64,000 bases of DNA, from the IMG/VR virus record IMGVR_UViG_3300042350_002985; one strand, given 5' to 3'. The notes under the pieces were generated by a model, which was given only the letters and a program-made list of their open reading frames with translations, ran no database searches and was not told the DNA's origin. This document shows positions 1-10,087 of this stretch, one piece after another. Origin of the DNA: a virus. How positions within the stretch are numbered: position 1 is the first letter of the stretch; each line of letters begins with the position of its first letter. Made by a program: the position numbers and the translations under genes.

Positions 1-414
1 AACCTTGACCGGGTTTCTCACATGATCAAAACTCTTCACGAAGACGGCAAAAATGTCTATGGAAAGGCAAAAGTCCTTGACACTCCAATGGGAAGAATCG
101 TCAAGAATCTAATTGATGAGGGTGCTCAACTCGGTGTTTCCACCCGTGGAATGGGTTCACTTCGTCCCAAGAATGGATATCAAGAAGTCCAAGAAGACTT
201 CATGTTGGCCGCTATTGATATCGTCGCAGATCCTTCTGCTCCCAATGCTTTCGTCAATGGAATCATGGAAGGTAAGGAATGGATTTTTGAAAACGGAATG
301 TGGACCGAAAGAGATCGTGAGCAATCCGTTAAACTTATCAAAAATTCCTCAAAAAGAGATCTTCAAGAAAACATTGTAAAGGTCTTCAATAACTATTTCA
401 AGAAATTGTCATGA
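1..414 (+). CDS. gp21: Prohead core protein protease (T4 gp21-like), 5' truncated by window edge
   Basis: ORF 22..414, probably open to the window start; C-terminal part resembles T4-type prohead protease and lies directly upstream of scaffold and capsid genes. Confidence 0.8.
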   Translation, partial: NLDRVSHMIKTLHEDGKNVYGKAKVLDTPMGRIVKNLIDEGAQLGVSTRGMGSLRPKNGYQEVQEDFMLAAIDIVADPSAPNAFVNGIMEGKEWIFENGMWTERDREQSVKLIKNSSKRDLQENIVKVFNNYFKKLS

Positions 415-1073
415 TAAGCATTCCTTCAAACACAAAAACATATCTATGTGCATTGCTTGAACACAAAAATGAAAGCAATCCAAATGACAATGTTTATGTA
501 AATTTGAAGGAATACAGAAAACGTTATTTTGCCGAAGCACGCTCAGATCTCAGCACCACAGGAGTCATAAAAAGTCCATTGGAATTAAAATCCAAAAAAG
601 GTGAAAAAATTGATTTAGAAAAAATGGCTTTTGGTGGCAGAGGTAAAGGCATAGATGCGGTGGAAGATGGCAAAAAGAAAGAAAAACCAAAAACTTCCAC
701 TGAATCTGGATTTTGGGGTGATGTCCTCAAATATGGAATGGGACCGTCATCTGAAGCCACTTGGGGAGATATTGGCTCTTTGGCAGCTTTTGGTGGGGCT
801 GGAAGCGTTGCTAATATTGTTGGTAAAGTTATGCAAAAAACAGGTGGCCGATTCGGTGGAGCATTAGGAGTTATTGCTAGTGGATTGGGCGGTGCTGTGG
901 AAGATTTGACTGGTATGTCACACTTAAAACAACAAGCTGCTGCCTTTGGTCCCGAATATGCCGCAAACGTGGTAGACGGTGCTGGTAAGCCCCCAGTTAC
1001 AATTTATGTACCACAAGCACAGGCAGCACAATCTAATTGGCTTTATGGTCTACTTGGAGGTAGAACAAGATAA
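411..1073 (+). CDS. Hypothetical protein in the prohead gene cluster
   Basis: ORF of 220 aa overlapping the end of the gp21-like gene by 4 nt, same strand. Confidence 0.7.
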   Translation: MISIPSNTKTYLCALLEHKNESNPNDNVYVNLKEYRKRYFAEARSDLSTTGVIKSPLELKSKKGEKIDLEKMAFGGRGKGIDAVEDGKKKEKPKTSTESGFWGDVLKYGMGPSSEATWGDIGSLAAFGGAGSVANIVGKVMQKTGGRFGGALGVIASGLGGAVEDLTGMSHLKQQAAAFGPEYAANVVDGAGKPPVTIYVPQAQAAQSNWLYGLLGGRTR

Positions 1074-1092
1074 AGTCTTAAATATTTTGGAG

Positions 1093-1100
1093 TATAAATA
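1093..1100 (+). promoter_or_regulatory. T4-type late promoter octamer TATAAATA upstream of gp22-like gene
   Basis: Exact TATAAATA 26 nt before ATG at 1127. Confidence 0.75.
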
Positions 1101-1126
1101 ATTTTACACTTAAGGATCCTTTTAAT

Positions 1127-2179
1127 ATGAAAAATAAGAAACAAACTATTTCAGAAGCCGCCATGCAAGCCATGGGTCTAGGCGATTACGATGCAACCGG
1201 CAAGGGTTCCGTCGATGCAACCGGAAAGGGCTCAATGACCGCCCCACCAGTTGCCACGGGCGCTGTTGCCGTTCCCGGAGTTCCAGCCCCAATCGTCCCC
1301 AACTCAATGGGCATGATGGGTAAGGCTGCTCCAGCAATGTCCGCTCCTGCTCAATCTTCCGGAGAGGAAGAGGAGACAGAGGAAACAGAAGAAGAAGAGC
1401 CCACCGAAGTCGAAGAAAGCGTTGAAGATCAGGAAATGATCGCAGAAGCCCGCGCACAATTCCGCGCTGCTCTCGCTTCATTGCTCGGTGAAGAAGTCGC
1501 TTCAGAAGAACTCGTCAGCAAACTAGAGGCAATCTTTGAAGCCGCTGTCACTGACCGCGTTGAAAAGACCGTTGCCCACATCGTTCAAGGTGTTGACGGC
1601 AACGTCAAGCAATATCTTGAGAATGTCACCGAATCACTCGTAGAAAAGGTGGATGACTACCTTGACTACGTAGTCGAAGAATGGATGACCGAGAACGCTG
1701 TAGCCGTTGAACAAGGCATCAAGACTCAAATTGCCGAGAACTTCATCAGTGGTCTAAAGAACCTCTTTGAGAACCACTACATTGACGTTCCCAACGAGAA
1801 GTACAATGTTCTTGATGAACTTTACGCTCAAAACCGTGAGTTGGAAAACAAACTCAACGAGTCCGTAAATGTCAGTATCGAACTCAAGAAGCAAATTGAA
1901 TTGACTGAATGCGCTGGAATCTTTGTCGCTGAGACAAGAGACCTCGCAGACACTCAAATTGCCAAGCTTCAAAATTTGATGGAAAGCGTTTCTTTCGGTT
2001 CAGTTGATGAATATCGTGAGAAACTAACAGCCATCAAGGACAATTATCTAAACACCGCAACTCGCGCTCCTGCTCGTTCCGTTGAGCCAGAGCAAACATT
2101 TGCACCAGTCAAAACTGCCCCGACTACCCTCGTAGAAGGTTACGTCGGTGCGTTGGGTAGACTAAACAAAAAGGTCTAA
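1127..2179 (+). CDS. gp22: Prohead core scaffold protein (T4 gp22-like)
   Basis: Acidic, Glu-rich coiled-coil protein immediately upstream of the major capsid gene. Confidence 0.85.
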   Translation: MKNKKQTISEAAMQAMGLGDYDATGKGSVDATGKGSMTAPPVATGAVAVPGVPAPIVPNSMGMMGKAAPAMSAPAQSSGEEEETEETEEEEPTEVEESVEDQEMIAEARAQFRAALASLLGEEVASEELVSKLEAIFEAAVTDRVEKTVAHIVQGVDGNVKQYLENVTESLVEKVDDYLDYVVEEWMTENAVAVEQGIKTQIAENFISGLKNLFENHYIDVPNEKYNVLDELYAQNRELENKLNESVNVSIELKKQIELTECAGIFVAETRDLADTQIAKLQNLMESVSFGSVDEYREKLTAIKDNYLNTATRAPARSVEPEQTFAPVKTAPTTLVEGYVGALGRLNKKV

Positions 2180-2225
2180 ATTTCACTATTACTAAATATT
2201 TACACTCACAGGAGAAAACACTAAA

Positions 2226-3650
2226 ATGCAATTCGCAGAAAATACACCATATGACGTTTTAACAGAAAAATGGGAACCAGTGCTCGGCCACGATGCACTC
2301 CCCAAGATTCAAGATGACTATCGCAAGAAAGTCACTGCCGTCCTTCTAGAAAACCAAGAGCAAGCTCTTCGTTCACAACACTTGACCGAAGACATGAGCT
2401 CCAACAACTTGGGCATGCCTCAATCATTTACCAACACACCAAATGTTGCTGGTTATGATCCCGTGCTCATCTCGTTGGTTCGTCGTGCTATGCCAAACTT
2501 GATGGCCTATGACATCTGCGGCGTTCAGCCAATGACCGCCCCAACTGGCCTCATCTTTGCAATGCGCGCTCAATATCAACTCCAAGGCAATAAGGCTGCT
2601 GCTTATTCTGGAGCAAACGAAGCAATGTTCCAAGAACCACAAGCAGAATTCGGTGGTTCAGGTTGGACTCTATCCGCTCAATTCCAAGCTGGCCGTGGTT
2701 TGTCTGCTGGTTTGATCAGCGGAACAAGTTTCGGTGCCGTATATCGTACAAGCGCAGGCGTCAATGCACTACGCGGTATTCTCACCAGCCAAGGCGAACA
2801 AATCGGCAAGACCGGACTCGCTGCATATGCTGGTGCCGAATACGCCAATTGGAACCAAATGGCTTTCTCAATTGACCGCGTTGCTGTCCAAGCTAAGACT
2901 CGCGCTCTAAGCAGCAACTACACCGTCGAATTGGCACAAGACCTCAAGGCTGTTCACGGTCTAGACGCTGAAGCCGAACTCGCCAACCTTCTCAGCACCG
3001 AAATTCTCGCTGAGATCAACCGCGAAGTGGTTCGCAGCATCTACTTTGTTGCCAGAGCTGGTTCACAACAACCCGATCTCTCCGTTGGTGGTGAATACGA
3101 TCTTGACGTTGACTCAGATGGTCGTTGGTCTGCTGAACGCTTCCGTGGCCTCAGCTTCCAAATCGAACGTGAGTGCAACACCATCGCCAAGGAAACCCGT
3201 CGTGGTAAGGGTAACTTCATCATCTGTGACAGCGATACCGCTGCTGCTCTAGCCATGTCTGGCTTCATGAGCCTCAGCCCCGCAATCGCTCCTCAGATTA
3301 ACGCTGATGATACCCAAAACACCTTTGCTGGTATCCTCTCTGGTAAGATCCGTGTTTACATCGACCCATATAGCCCAGTTGGACTAAACTTCTTCGTTGC
3401 TGGTTATAAGGGTGAGTCTCCATACGATGCTGGTCTCTTCTACTGCCCCTACGTACCGCTACAAATGGTCCGTGCAGTAGATCCCAATACTTTCCAACCA
3501 CGCATTGCCTTCAAGACTCGTTACGGCGTAGTAGCTAATCCGTTCGTCCTCAACAGCAGTGGTCAACCAGATGGTGAAACATTGACTTCAGGATTGAACC
3601 AATACTACCGTATTACCTCGGTCAAGAACCTACACGGCAATACTCTCTGA
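2226..3650 (+). CDS. gp23: Major capsid protein (T4 gp23-like)
   Basis: 474 aa; typical gp23 motifs such as LISLVRRAMPNLMAYDICGVQPMTAPTGLIFAMR and YDAGLFYCPYVPLQMVRAVDPNTFQPRIAFKTRYGVVANPF. Confidence 0.97.
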   Translation: MQFAENTPYDVLTEKWEPVLGHDALPKIQDDYRKKVTAVLLENQEQALRSQHLTEDMSSNNLGMPQSFTNTPNVAGYDPVLISLVRRAMPNLMAYDICGVQPMTAPTGLIFAMRAQYQLQGNKAAAYSGANEAMFQEPQAEFGGSGWTLSAQFQAGRGLSAGLISGTSFGAVYRTSAGVNALRGILTSQGEQIGKTGLAAYAGAEYANWNQMAFSIDRVAVQAKTRALSSNYTVELAQDLKAVHGLDAEAELANLLSTEILAEINREVVRSIYFVARAGSQQPDLSVGGEYDLDVDSDGRWSAERFRGLSFQIERECNTIAKETRRGKGNFIICDSDTAAALAMSGFMSLSPAIAPQINADDTQNTFAGILSGKIRVYIDPYSPVGLNFFVAGYKGESPYDAGLFYCPYVPLQMVRAVDPNTFQPRIAFKTRYGVVANPFVLNSSGQPDGETLTSGLNQYYRITSVKNLHGNTL

Positions 3651-3673
3651 TTGGTAAGTTAATCTAACCTTCG

Positions 3674-3707
3674 AAAACCTCCCGAGAAATCGGGAGGTTT
3701 TTGTTTT
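3674..3707 (+). terminator. Intrinsic terminator after the major capsid gene
   Basis: AAAACCTCCCGA-GAAA-TCGGGAGGTTTT 12-bp stem with GAAA tetraloop followed by a T-rich tract. Confidence 0.93.
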
Positions 3708-3709
3708 AC

Positions 3710-3717
3710 CATAAATA
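3710..3717 (+). promoter_or_regulatory. Late promoter-like octamer CATAAATA
   Basis: CATAAATA 5 nt before ATG 3723 and directly after the terminator. Confidence 0.6.
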
Positions 3718-3722
3718 TTTCT

Positions 3723-4262
3723 ATGAGTCTTTGTTCATCAAACATCAATCCACTCTACAACAGTTATTTCCGTCTGATCTTTGGTCGTGGAACCAAACAG
3801 ATGGAACTCATGTGTCAGCGTGCAAATTTGCCGGGAATATCAATTCCTGATCAAAATCAGCCAACGGTTCTTGGTGTGACTATTCCGGTACCAACCATGA
3901 GTGCAAACTTTGAACTATTGAATGTTGAATTTATTGTTGATTCAGATCTTACGAATTGGAAAAATTTGTATTCTTGGATTCGAAACATTACAAATATTAC
4001 AAACGATGTTGACCATAATCTTCTATACCAAGATTGGCATCACTCAGCAAATCTTTATTTGTTTGATCCTTCAAACAATTGCGAAGTTTTGCAAACAACT
4101 TTTCATTACATCATTCCAGTAAAATTAAATGGTTTGGTATTTCAGGCGGATAGTAGTGATGCAATCATACAAAAAGCCACATGCAGTTTCAAATATTCAT
4201 ATTATGACATGTGGATAGATGGTCAAGACGCAGTCCCATCTGATGTAAGTGACGAAAATTAA
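3723..4262 (+). CDS. Tail tube-fold (gp19-like) structural protein
   Basis: 179 aa; FRLIFGRGTKQMELMCQRANLPGISIP and following pattern resembles T4-type tail tube proteins. Confidence 0.6.
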   Translation: MSLCSSNINPLYNSYFRLIFGRGTKQMELMCQRANLPGISIPDQNQPTVLGVTIPVPTMSANFELLNVEFIVDSDLTNWKNLYSWIRNITNITNDVDHNLLYQDWHHSANLYLFDPSNNCEVLQTTFHYIIPVKLNGLVFQADSSDAIIQKATCSFKYSYYDMWIDGQDAVPSDVSDEN

Positions 4263-4924
4263 AGATAGTCGTTAGGGTTGTCTGACCAACTTTCCGGATC
4301 CTCTGGTGGACTCTCCGGTTTATAAGGCATCGTATTAGTCTCTGGTTTCGTTTTACGGCGTTTCTTTCGCTTGGGTGGCTTCGGAGGCGTTTCCTCCTCC
4401 TCGGGGCTTATAAACGATTCTACGTCGGCTTCTTCTTCTTCTCCATCATCTCCCAAATCTACTCCAGCAGCCTCAAAATTTTCCATTAAATCATTAATAA
4501 ACCCGACAAAATCTTCATTGTTGAAAAGATCATTTAAAAGTTCCAAACCTTGTTGATTTCCAGTACCGTAAACATTGTTTGGTGCGATTGCTGATTTTGG
4601 ATTGTCTTGAATTAACACCAAATATGCTTCATACATCGCAGTAAGTTCATCTGTTGGAGTTCCCATGTAGATTATGGAGTTACGAGGAACCAAGATTTCA
4701 AATCCTTTGATGTTGTAAAGATAATTTACAAGTTTGACGAATTCCATGACATCACCTTCAGGAGTCTTGGTTGCATAATTCTCCATGAGGGCTGGCATTC
4801 GTATGCTAATTTCATATTGGGACACATCCTTGACCAAACCAATCAATTCCTCTCCCGTCAACAACCTCACAACTCTAAGTGTGCCCGAGATAGGATTCTC
4901 AGGAAGTGAATCGGACATAAACAT
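4259..4924 (-). CDS. Hypothetical protein, possible Sm/Hfq-like N-terminal domain and charged C-terminal tail
   Basis: SGTLRVVRLLTGEELIGLVKDVSQYEISIRMPALM resembles an Sm-fold strand pattern; acidic then KRKKRRK-rich tail. Confidence 0.6.
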   Translation of the reverse strand: MFMSDSLPENPISGTLRVVRLLTGEELIGLVKDVSQYEISIRMPALMENYATKTPEGDVMEFVKLVNYLYNIKGFEILVPRNSIIYMGTPTDELTAMYEAYLVLIQDNPKSAIAPNNVYGTGNQQGLELLNDLFNNEDFVGFINDLMENFEAAGVDLGDDGEEEEADVESFISPEEEETPPKPPKRKKRRKTKPETNTMPYKPESPPEDPESWSDNPNDYL

Positions 4925-4939
4925 GTCCTCCCTTCCTTA

Positions 4940-6448
4940 CTATTTATTTTTTCCAAGGTCTGTGAACGACATTGAATGAACGGTGTAATCAAACTTTTCT
5001 TTCTTGTAAATCTTCACACGTTCTTCAAAATGTCTAAAGATATGATTCTTGTGTGACTTCCAGCAAAGATCGTCAACAATGTCATATACTTTGAGTGTCT
5101 TTTTCTTTTCTGACACTCTTAGACCACGGCCAATGCTTTGGAGTAATCTTATAATCGATTTAGTAGGTGAAGCAAAAATAATATTGTCAAGATTGACAAT
5201 GTTGATGCCAGTGCTAGTCGTGCCAAAACTGGCCACCAGAATGGCATTTGATTCTCTGTCGATGACTTTACGGATGTATTCTCTTGACTCTGCTTCTGTT
5301 TTTCCGTGTATGAGATATATTTTGCGATCCGTTCCCGCTGCTTCCAAGAGAGCTGCGAGTGGTTTCCCGTGGTCTTCGACGTAATTAAAGAGGACAAGGG
5401 TATTCCCCTTGGTGCGGAGGGCGAGTTCTTTGATGAATTCGTTTCTCTTTTCATTCGTTACGATCCATTTCAATTCATCAATGTATTTCTGTTTCTTGAT
5501 GAATTGTTTTTCTTCATCAGTATATTTAAGAATTATGCAATCTATGCCGAGTTTTGCAAGCAAACCCTTGTTCATCAAACCCTTTGTTTGAATGAATTGG
5601 ATTGCTGGTCCAAGAATACCTTCGATGCTAAGTCTGTGTGCTTGAGCCTGATCAAGTGTTCCCGTGGTTCCAATGCGAAACCAAGCCTTTGAAAGTTTTT
5701 GACCGATGAAGTTGATTGATTCTGCTTTGGCTTGATGACACTCATCGAAGAATACAGCATCGAATTGATCGAACCAAGACTTAGGTAGTTTGTATATAGA
5801 TTGCCAAGTCGAAACTACAATCTGCTTATTGAGTTCCTTTTCTGCCCCAGCCATAATTTTTTGAATATATTTCTTGCAGGACCAAGATTTATCGTTCTTT
5901 GAGTAATCAAAGAAGTCTGATTCCATTTGATTCACCAGACCAACCGTGGGAACCAATATGAGTATTTTCCGATCTGATTTTAATACGGATTGAAGAAACC
6001 GGACCAAGACGTATATGATCAAACTTTTGCCCGAACCAGTAGGCGAAATCAACACGCATCTGTGTTGATTCAAAGCATGCAGTATGGCCTGCTGTTGATG
6101 AGAATGCATTTTCACTGCTTGTTTCTTTACTGAAACCTGCAATGAATCGTAGAACTGTAAAAGTTTGTCCTCCGTGATGCATAGAGGATTCTTTGTCTCT
6201 TTTATATTTAGTTGATACTGCCGTTCTTTACAAAACTTTTCTAGATAAGTTTTTAAACCGCGTGGAAGTGTGGATGAAAGAATATCATAAAGACGAATTT
6301 TTCCATCCCATATTCTTTTTTTGAATAAAGGCATATATTGAGCACCTGGGACCATGAATGAAAAATAGTCCCTTAACTCTTGTTTTATGCCTTTGTCGGT
6401 CTTTACATAATACCGAACTTCATCAATAGAATCAACTTCAATATCCAC
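4940..6448 (-). CDS. uvsW: UvsW-like DNA/RNA helicase
   Basis: 502 aa SF2 helicase: SPTGSGKS Walker A, FFDECHQA (DECH box), QSIGRGLR motif VI. Confidence 0.93.
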   Translation of the reverse strand: MDIEVDSIDEVRYYVKTDKGIKQELRDYFSFMVPGAQYMPLFKKRIWDGKIRLYDILSSTLPRGLKTYLEKFCKERQYQLNIKETKNPLCITEDKLLQFYDSLQVSVKKQAVKMHSHQQQAILHALNQHRCVLISPTGSGKSLIIYVLVRFLQSVLKSDRKILILVPTVGLVNQMESDFFDYSKNDKSWSCKKYIQKIMAGAEKELNKQIVVSTWQSIYKLPKSWFDQFDAVFFDECHQAKAESINFIGQKLSKAWFRIGTTGTLDQAQAHRLSIEGILGPAIQFIQTKGLMNKGLLAKLGIDCIILKYTDEEKQFIKKQKYIDELKWIVTNEKRNEFIKELALRTKGNTLVLFNYVEDHGKPLAALLEAAGTDRKIYLIHGKTEAESREYIRKVIDRESNAILVASFGTTSTGINIVNLDNIIFASPTKSIIRLLQSIGRGLRVSEKKKTLKVYDIVDDLCWKSHKNHIFRHFEERVKIYKKEKFDYTVHSMSFTDLGKNK

Positions 6449-6455
6449 ATAATAT

Positions 6456-6893
6456 TTAGACTATGCCGTTCATCATTTTGTTCCACTCAATAGCAGATTT
6501 GATTGCAAAGTTTCTATTATTAAGTGCTTTCAAAAATTCTTCAACCATCTTAATTTTGATCTCTGTGACAGAAATTTTTGACTTAAGTTCAATAAGTTTT
6601 GGATCTGCATCCATGAACTTATCAACATCTGTCTTTAGAATATCAAGTTCAAACGGATCTTCTTTCCAATCTGCAAGTTCTTCTTCAGAAGCCTTGCCAG
6701 TATAAATTTTCCATTTACGCAAACGCAAAATAGCAAAGTCATGCTGGTACTTTGTCAAAAGTAATTTAAGATCCGTAAGTTGATTAAGATACTTTGAGTG
6801 TATTTGAGGTATCTTAAGAGACTCTATACCTAATTCTGTAGAGTCTATTTGAGAGTCTTTAGTTATAGAGTTCTTTAGTTCTTCTAGATTCAT
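6456..6893 (-). CDS. uvsY: UvsY-like recombination mediator
   Basis: 145 aa, position next to uvsW, UvsY-like C-terminus (EFLKALNNRNFAIKSAIEWNKMMNG). Confidence 0.85.
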   Translation of the reverse strand: MNLEELKNSITKDSQIDSTELGIESLKIPQIHSKYLNQLTDLKLLLTKYQHDFAILRLRKWKIYTGKASEEELADWKEDPFELDILKTDVDKFMDADPKLIELKSKISVTEIKIKMVEEFLKALNNRNFAIKSAIEWNKMMNGIV

Positions 6894-6928
6894 CTTTAGT
6901 ATTCTTCTTTAAAGTTCTTTTTAAGAGA

Positions 6929-6956
6929 ACTATAGAGTATCTTTAGATAAAGTCAA
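6929..6956 (-). promoter_or_regulatory. Sigma70-like promoter for uvsY/uvsW
   Basis: Minus strand TTGACT-16 nt-TATAGT. Confidence 0.5.
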
Positions 6957-6966
6957 ATAAATATAT

Positions 6967-6994
6967 TTGACATTTCTTTAGTATGTTTTATATT
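6967..6994 (+). promoter_or_regulatory. Sigma70-like promoter for the glycan cassette
   Basis: TTGACA-16 nt-TATATT upstream of ATG 7008. Confidence 0.6.
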
Positions 6995-7007
6995 ATTGTA
7001 AGTACTT

Positions 7008-7622
7008 ATGATCCCAAAAATTATTCATCAAATTTGGTTAGGCGACCAATCAAAACGACCAACAAAGTTTATACAAACTTGGATTGACAAAAACCCATCT
7101 TGGGAACATAAGTTATGGACTGATGATAACTTACCCGAGATGAGATGCAAGAAACAATTTGAACTGTGTCCATCATTGGCAGGAAAAGCTGATATTTTGA
7201 GGTATCAAGTTTTATACGACCATGGTGGATTTTTTATTGATGCAGATGCAGAATGCGTAAATCCTTTGGATGATTTTTTTCTTGATAATGATTCTTTCTG
7301 CTGCTGGGAAAACGAAGAATGTCGAAAAGGATTGATGTCAAACGGTTATCTTGCTTGCATAAAAAATTGTAAATTGATGAAACTTATTATGGATAGAATA
7401 TCTTCATATGAAAATATGAATTATCATCCATTGGAAACTTGGTCCATTACAGGACCACTTGTTCTTACAAATACGGTTTATCTGAACACTTATCCTATTA
7501 CAGTCTATCCTAGTTGGTATTTTATACCAAGACATTATTCTGGTATTGAGTACACAGGATCTGACAAGATTTACGCAAAACAATATTGGGGAACTACACC
7601 AAACAGTGGTTTTGATTATTAA
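7008..7622 (+). CDS. Glycosyltransferase, OCH1/GT32-like
   Basis: MIPKIIHQIWLG N-terminus; LADILRYQVLYDHGGFFIDADAEC DxD-type motif. Confidence 0.88.
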   Translation: MIPKIIHQIWLGDQSKRPTKFIQTWIDKNPSWEHKLWTDDNLPEMRCKKQFELCPSLAGKADILRYQVLYDHGGFFIDADAECVNPLDDFFLDNDSFCCWENEECRKGLMSNGYLACIKNCKLMKLIMDRISSYENMNYHPLETWSITGPLVLTNTVYLNTYPITVYPSWYFIPRHYSGIEYTGSDKIYAKQYWGTTPNSGFDY

Positions 7623-8380
7623 TGGAAACGGTATCAATAATTTTAAATTCTTATCGACGCACAAGATGGTTTCCAGAACAACTGGAAGCAATCAAAAAAC
7701 AAACACACCCAATCCAAGAAATATTTGTTTGGCAAAACAAATCTGATGCCGAACCCATAGCAGAACACTTAAAAAATGAAGTCATTTTTATTGATTGCAA
7801 TCAAAATTTAGGTGTATGGGCTAGATTTAGTTTGGCTTTAAATTGCAGGTCTGACTACATTTGTATATTTGATGATGATACCATACCAGGATCTAAATGG
7901 ATACAAAATTGTATTGATACATACAAGACAAATCCAGGATTGTTGGGAACTGTTGGTGTTATTTTTGGAGACAAATATTATAGTTGGAAAAAGGTTGAGC
8001 GTCTGGGTTGGTGTAAACCAAACGAGAAAACTGAAAAGGTTGACATTGTTGGTCATTGTTGGTTTTTCCATAGAGATGTTCTTCCAATTTTTTGGAGAGA
8101 AATGCCACCAAAGGGATATATTCCAATTGTAGGTGAAGACATTCACTTTGCAAAAATGATTCAAAAATATACTGATGGTGGTGTTTATGTTCCACCGCAT
8201 CCAAAAAATGACATTGAAATGTGGGGGAGCATCAAGGGAGAAAATTACGGACACAGCAATGAAGCAATTTCCATGAATCTTTACAATGTAAATGGAACAC
8301 AAATGTCTGCTGGACAGATGATGGGAATGGAGTTATGTCGTGCAGTAGATGAAGGCTTCAAGCTCATCAAAGAACCATGA
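7622..8380 (+). CDS. Glycosyltransferase family 2-like
   Basis: VSIILNSYRR...LEAIKKQTHPIQEIFVWQN... YICIFDDDTIPG. Confidence 0.85.
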   Translation: METVSIILNSYRRTRWFPEQLEAIKKQTHPIQEIFVWQNKSDAEPIAEHLKNEVIFIDCNQNLGVWARFSLALNCRSDYICIFDDDTIPGSKWIQNCIDTYKTNPGLLGTVGVIFGDKYYSWKKVERLGWCKPNEKTEKVDIVGHCWFFHRDVLPIFWREMPPKGYIPIVGEDIHFAKMIQKYTDGGVYVPPHPKNDIEMWGSIKGENYGHSNEAISMNLYNVNGTQMSAGQMMGMELCRAVDEGFKLIKEP

Positions 8381-9375
8381 TTTCAATTTTTTACGGGACT
8401 CGTCCTGAATATATTAAGTTGTACAAACTGTACCAAAGCATCAAAAATATGAATTGGTCTGTAGAGTTGGTTCAAATACAACAACACACGGACTTGATTC
8501 AGGGTTGCTATTACGACAGAATTTTTTGTCTTAATAAAAAAACATCAAATAGATTGAATGATGTTGTGGTAAATTGTTTGAGTGATGGTGTTGTGACCGA
8601 AAAAACAAAGTATGTCATTGTCCAAGGAGATACAGCTACAACATTTGGAATTGCATTAAACGCTTTTAACAATAAAATTCCTCTAATCCACATAGAAGCT
8701 GGTCTTAGGACATACGACAAAGAAAATCCTTTTCCGGAAGAAAGTTATCGTAAAGCCATATCCGGAATGGCAGATGTACATTTTTGTGTCAGTGAATTGA
8801 ACGCACAGTCATTAAAAAATGAAGGTATTTACAATTCAATTTTTGTTGTCGGTAATACAGTATTGGATAATTTAGACAATAAAAATGTACATTATGGAAA
8901 TATCGTACCTATAACTCTACACAGAAGAGAAAACAAAGACAAGATAGAATCATTTCTATCTACAATAGATGTTCTTGCAAAGTCGTTGCATAACTTAAAA
9001 TTTATTTACATAATGCATCCATCTGTTTCTTTGAGTAAAAAGTATGATCATGTCACTTTGATTCCACCACAAAAATACGAAGACATGGTTAATCTTTTGA
9101 AAGAAGCGAAATATGTTATAACTGATAGCGGTGGAATTCAAGAGGAAGCTTCTTTTTTCAAGAAAAAAACTATTGTTTGCAGAAAAACAACCGAAAGAAC
9201 TGAAGGACTTGGAGTGTTTTCTTTTAAATATGAAAATTTAGATAATCTATCTAAACTGATTTGTCAATTCAGTTCTGATTTTAAAGTAGATGCTGATTGT
9301 CCCTATGGTGATGGGTTTGCAATAAAAAAGATACTTACACATATGAAAGATCTATATGGTGAAAAACTTTATTGA
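8377..9375 (+). CDS. wecB: UDP-N-acetylglucosamine 2-epimerase (WecB-like)
   Basis: GTRPEYIKL, VQGDTATTFGIALNAFNNKIPLIHIEAGLRT, ITDSGGIQEEA motifs. Confidence 0.9.
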   Translation: MISIFYGTRPEYIKLYKLYQSIKNMNWSVELVQIQQHTDLIQGCYYDRIFCLNKKTSNRLNDVVVNCLSDGVVTEKTKYVIVQGDTATTFGIALNAFNNKIPLIHIEAGLRTYDKENPFPEESYRKAISGMADVHFCVSELNAQSLKNEGIYNSIFVVGNTVLDNLDNKNVHYGNIVPITLHRRENKDKIESFLSTIDVLAKSLHNLKFIYIMHPSVSLSKKYDHVTLIPPQKYEDMVNLLKEAKYVITDSGGIQEEASFFKKKTIVCRKTTERTEGLGVFSFKYENLDNLSKLICQFSSDFKVDADCPYGDGFAIKKILTHMKDLYGEKLY

Positions 9376-10087
9376 AGATTTTTATAAATTTAAAACAAAG
9401 ATTCTCAACAAAGAAAACTTTGCTTATACAAGATATGCTGATGGTGAGGTAAAGTTAATGAATGGTATTGGTGTGGGATTTAACACACAAGCATACCAAG
9501 CAGATAAGTGGTCTTGTGATAATAAAATGTATAGATTGGGAAAAGATTTGTTACTTACATTAAACCACGAAGAATCAAATTATTATTATGCCATTTCTAG
9601 TCCAAATCAATCTTTGTTTGATTTTGAATTTTTAATGTCTCATATCAAACAACCATCTAAAAATATTACTTTTTCTGATCTTTGGATAAATGGAAATTAT
9701 TCTAAATTCAAAGAATTTATGTTTGAATTGAAGGAACCAATAGTGTTGATAGCGTCTCATGACGGAGAACACAGACTTAAAGATCCTTTATTGGTTCAAA
9801 AATACTATGCCATTTCAGACGATTGTGTTAATCACTATGAAGTTAACCATGAAAAAATAAAACAGGATATGAAACAAATGGCCACACAGTACTACAACAC
9901 TTTGTTTTTTATAAGTGCTGGGCCACTTTCCGAAATTTTAATTCATGAGTTGTATACAAACAATCCAAACAACAGATACATAGATGTAGGAAGTGCAATT
10001 GATGAGATTGTACACGGTAAGAAAACAAGACCATATATGGTCGAAAACAGCATTTATAGTAAGGAGATTGTGTCGTGGACAATATAA
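9356..10087 (+). CDS. Putative GT-D (DUF1792) family glycosyltransferase
   Basis: FAYTRYADGEVKLMNG motif typical for GT-D glucosyltransferases; cassette context. Confidence 0.6.
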   Translation: MVKNFIEDFYKFKTKILNKENFAYTRYADGEVKLMNGIGVGFNTQAYQADKWSCDNKMYRLGKDLLLTLNHEESNYYYAISSPNQSLFDFEFLMSHIKQPSKNITFSDLWINGNYSKFKEFMFELKEPIVLIASHDGEHRLKDPLLVQKYYAISDDCVNHYEVNHEKIKQDMKQMATQYYNTLFFISAGPLSEILIHELYTNNPNNRYIDVGSAIDEIVHGKKTRPYMVENSIYSKEIVSWTI

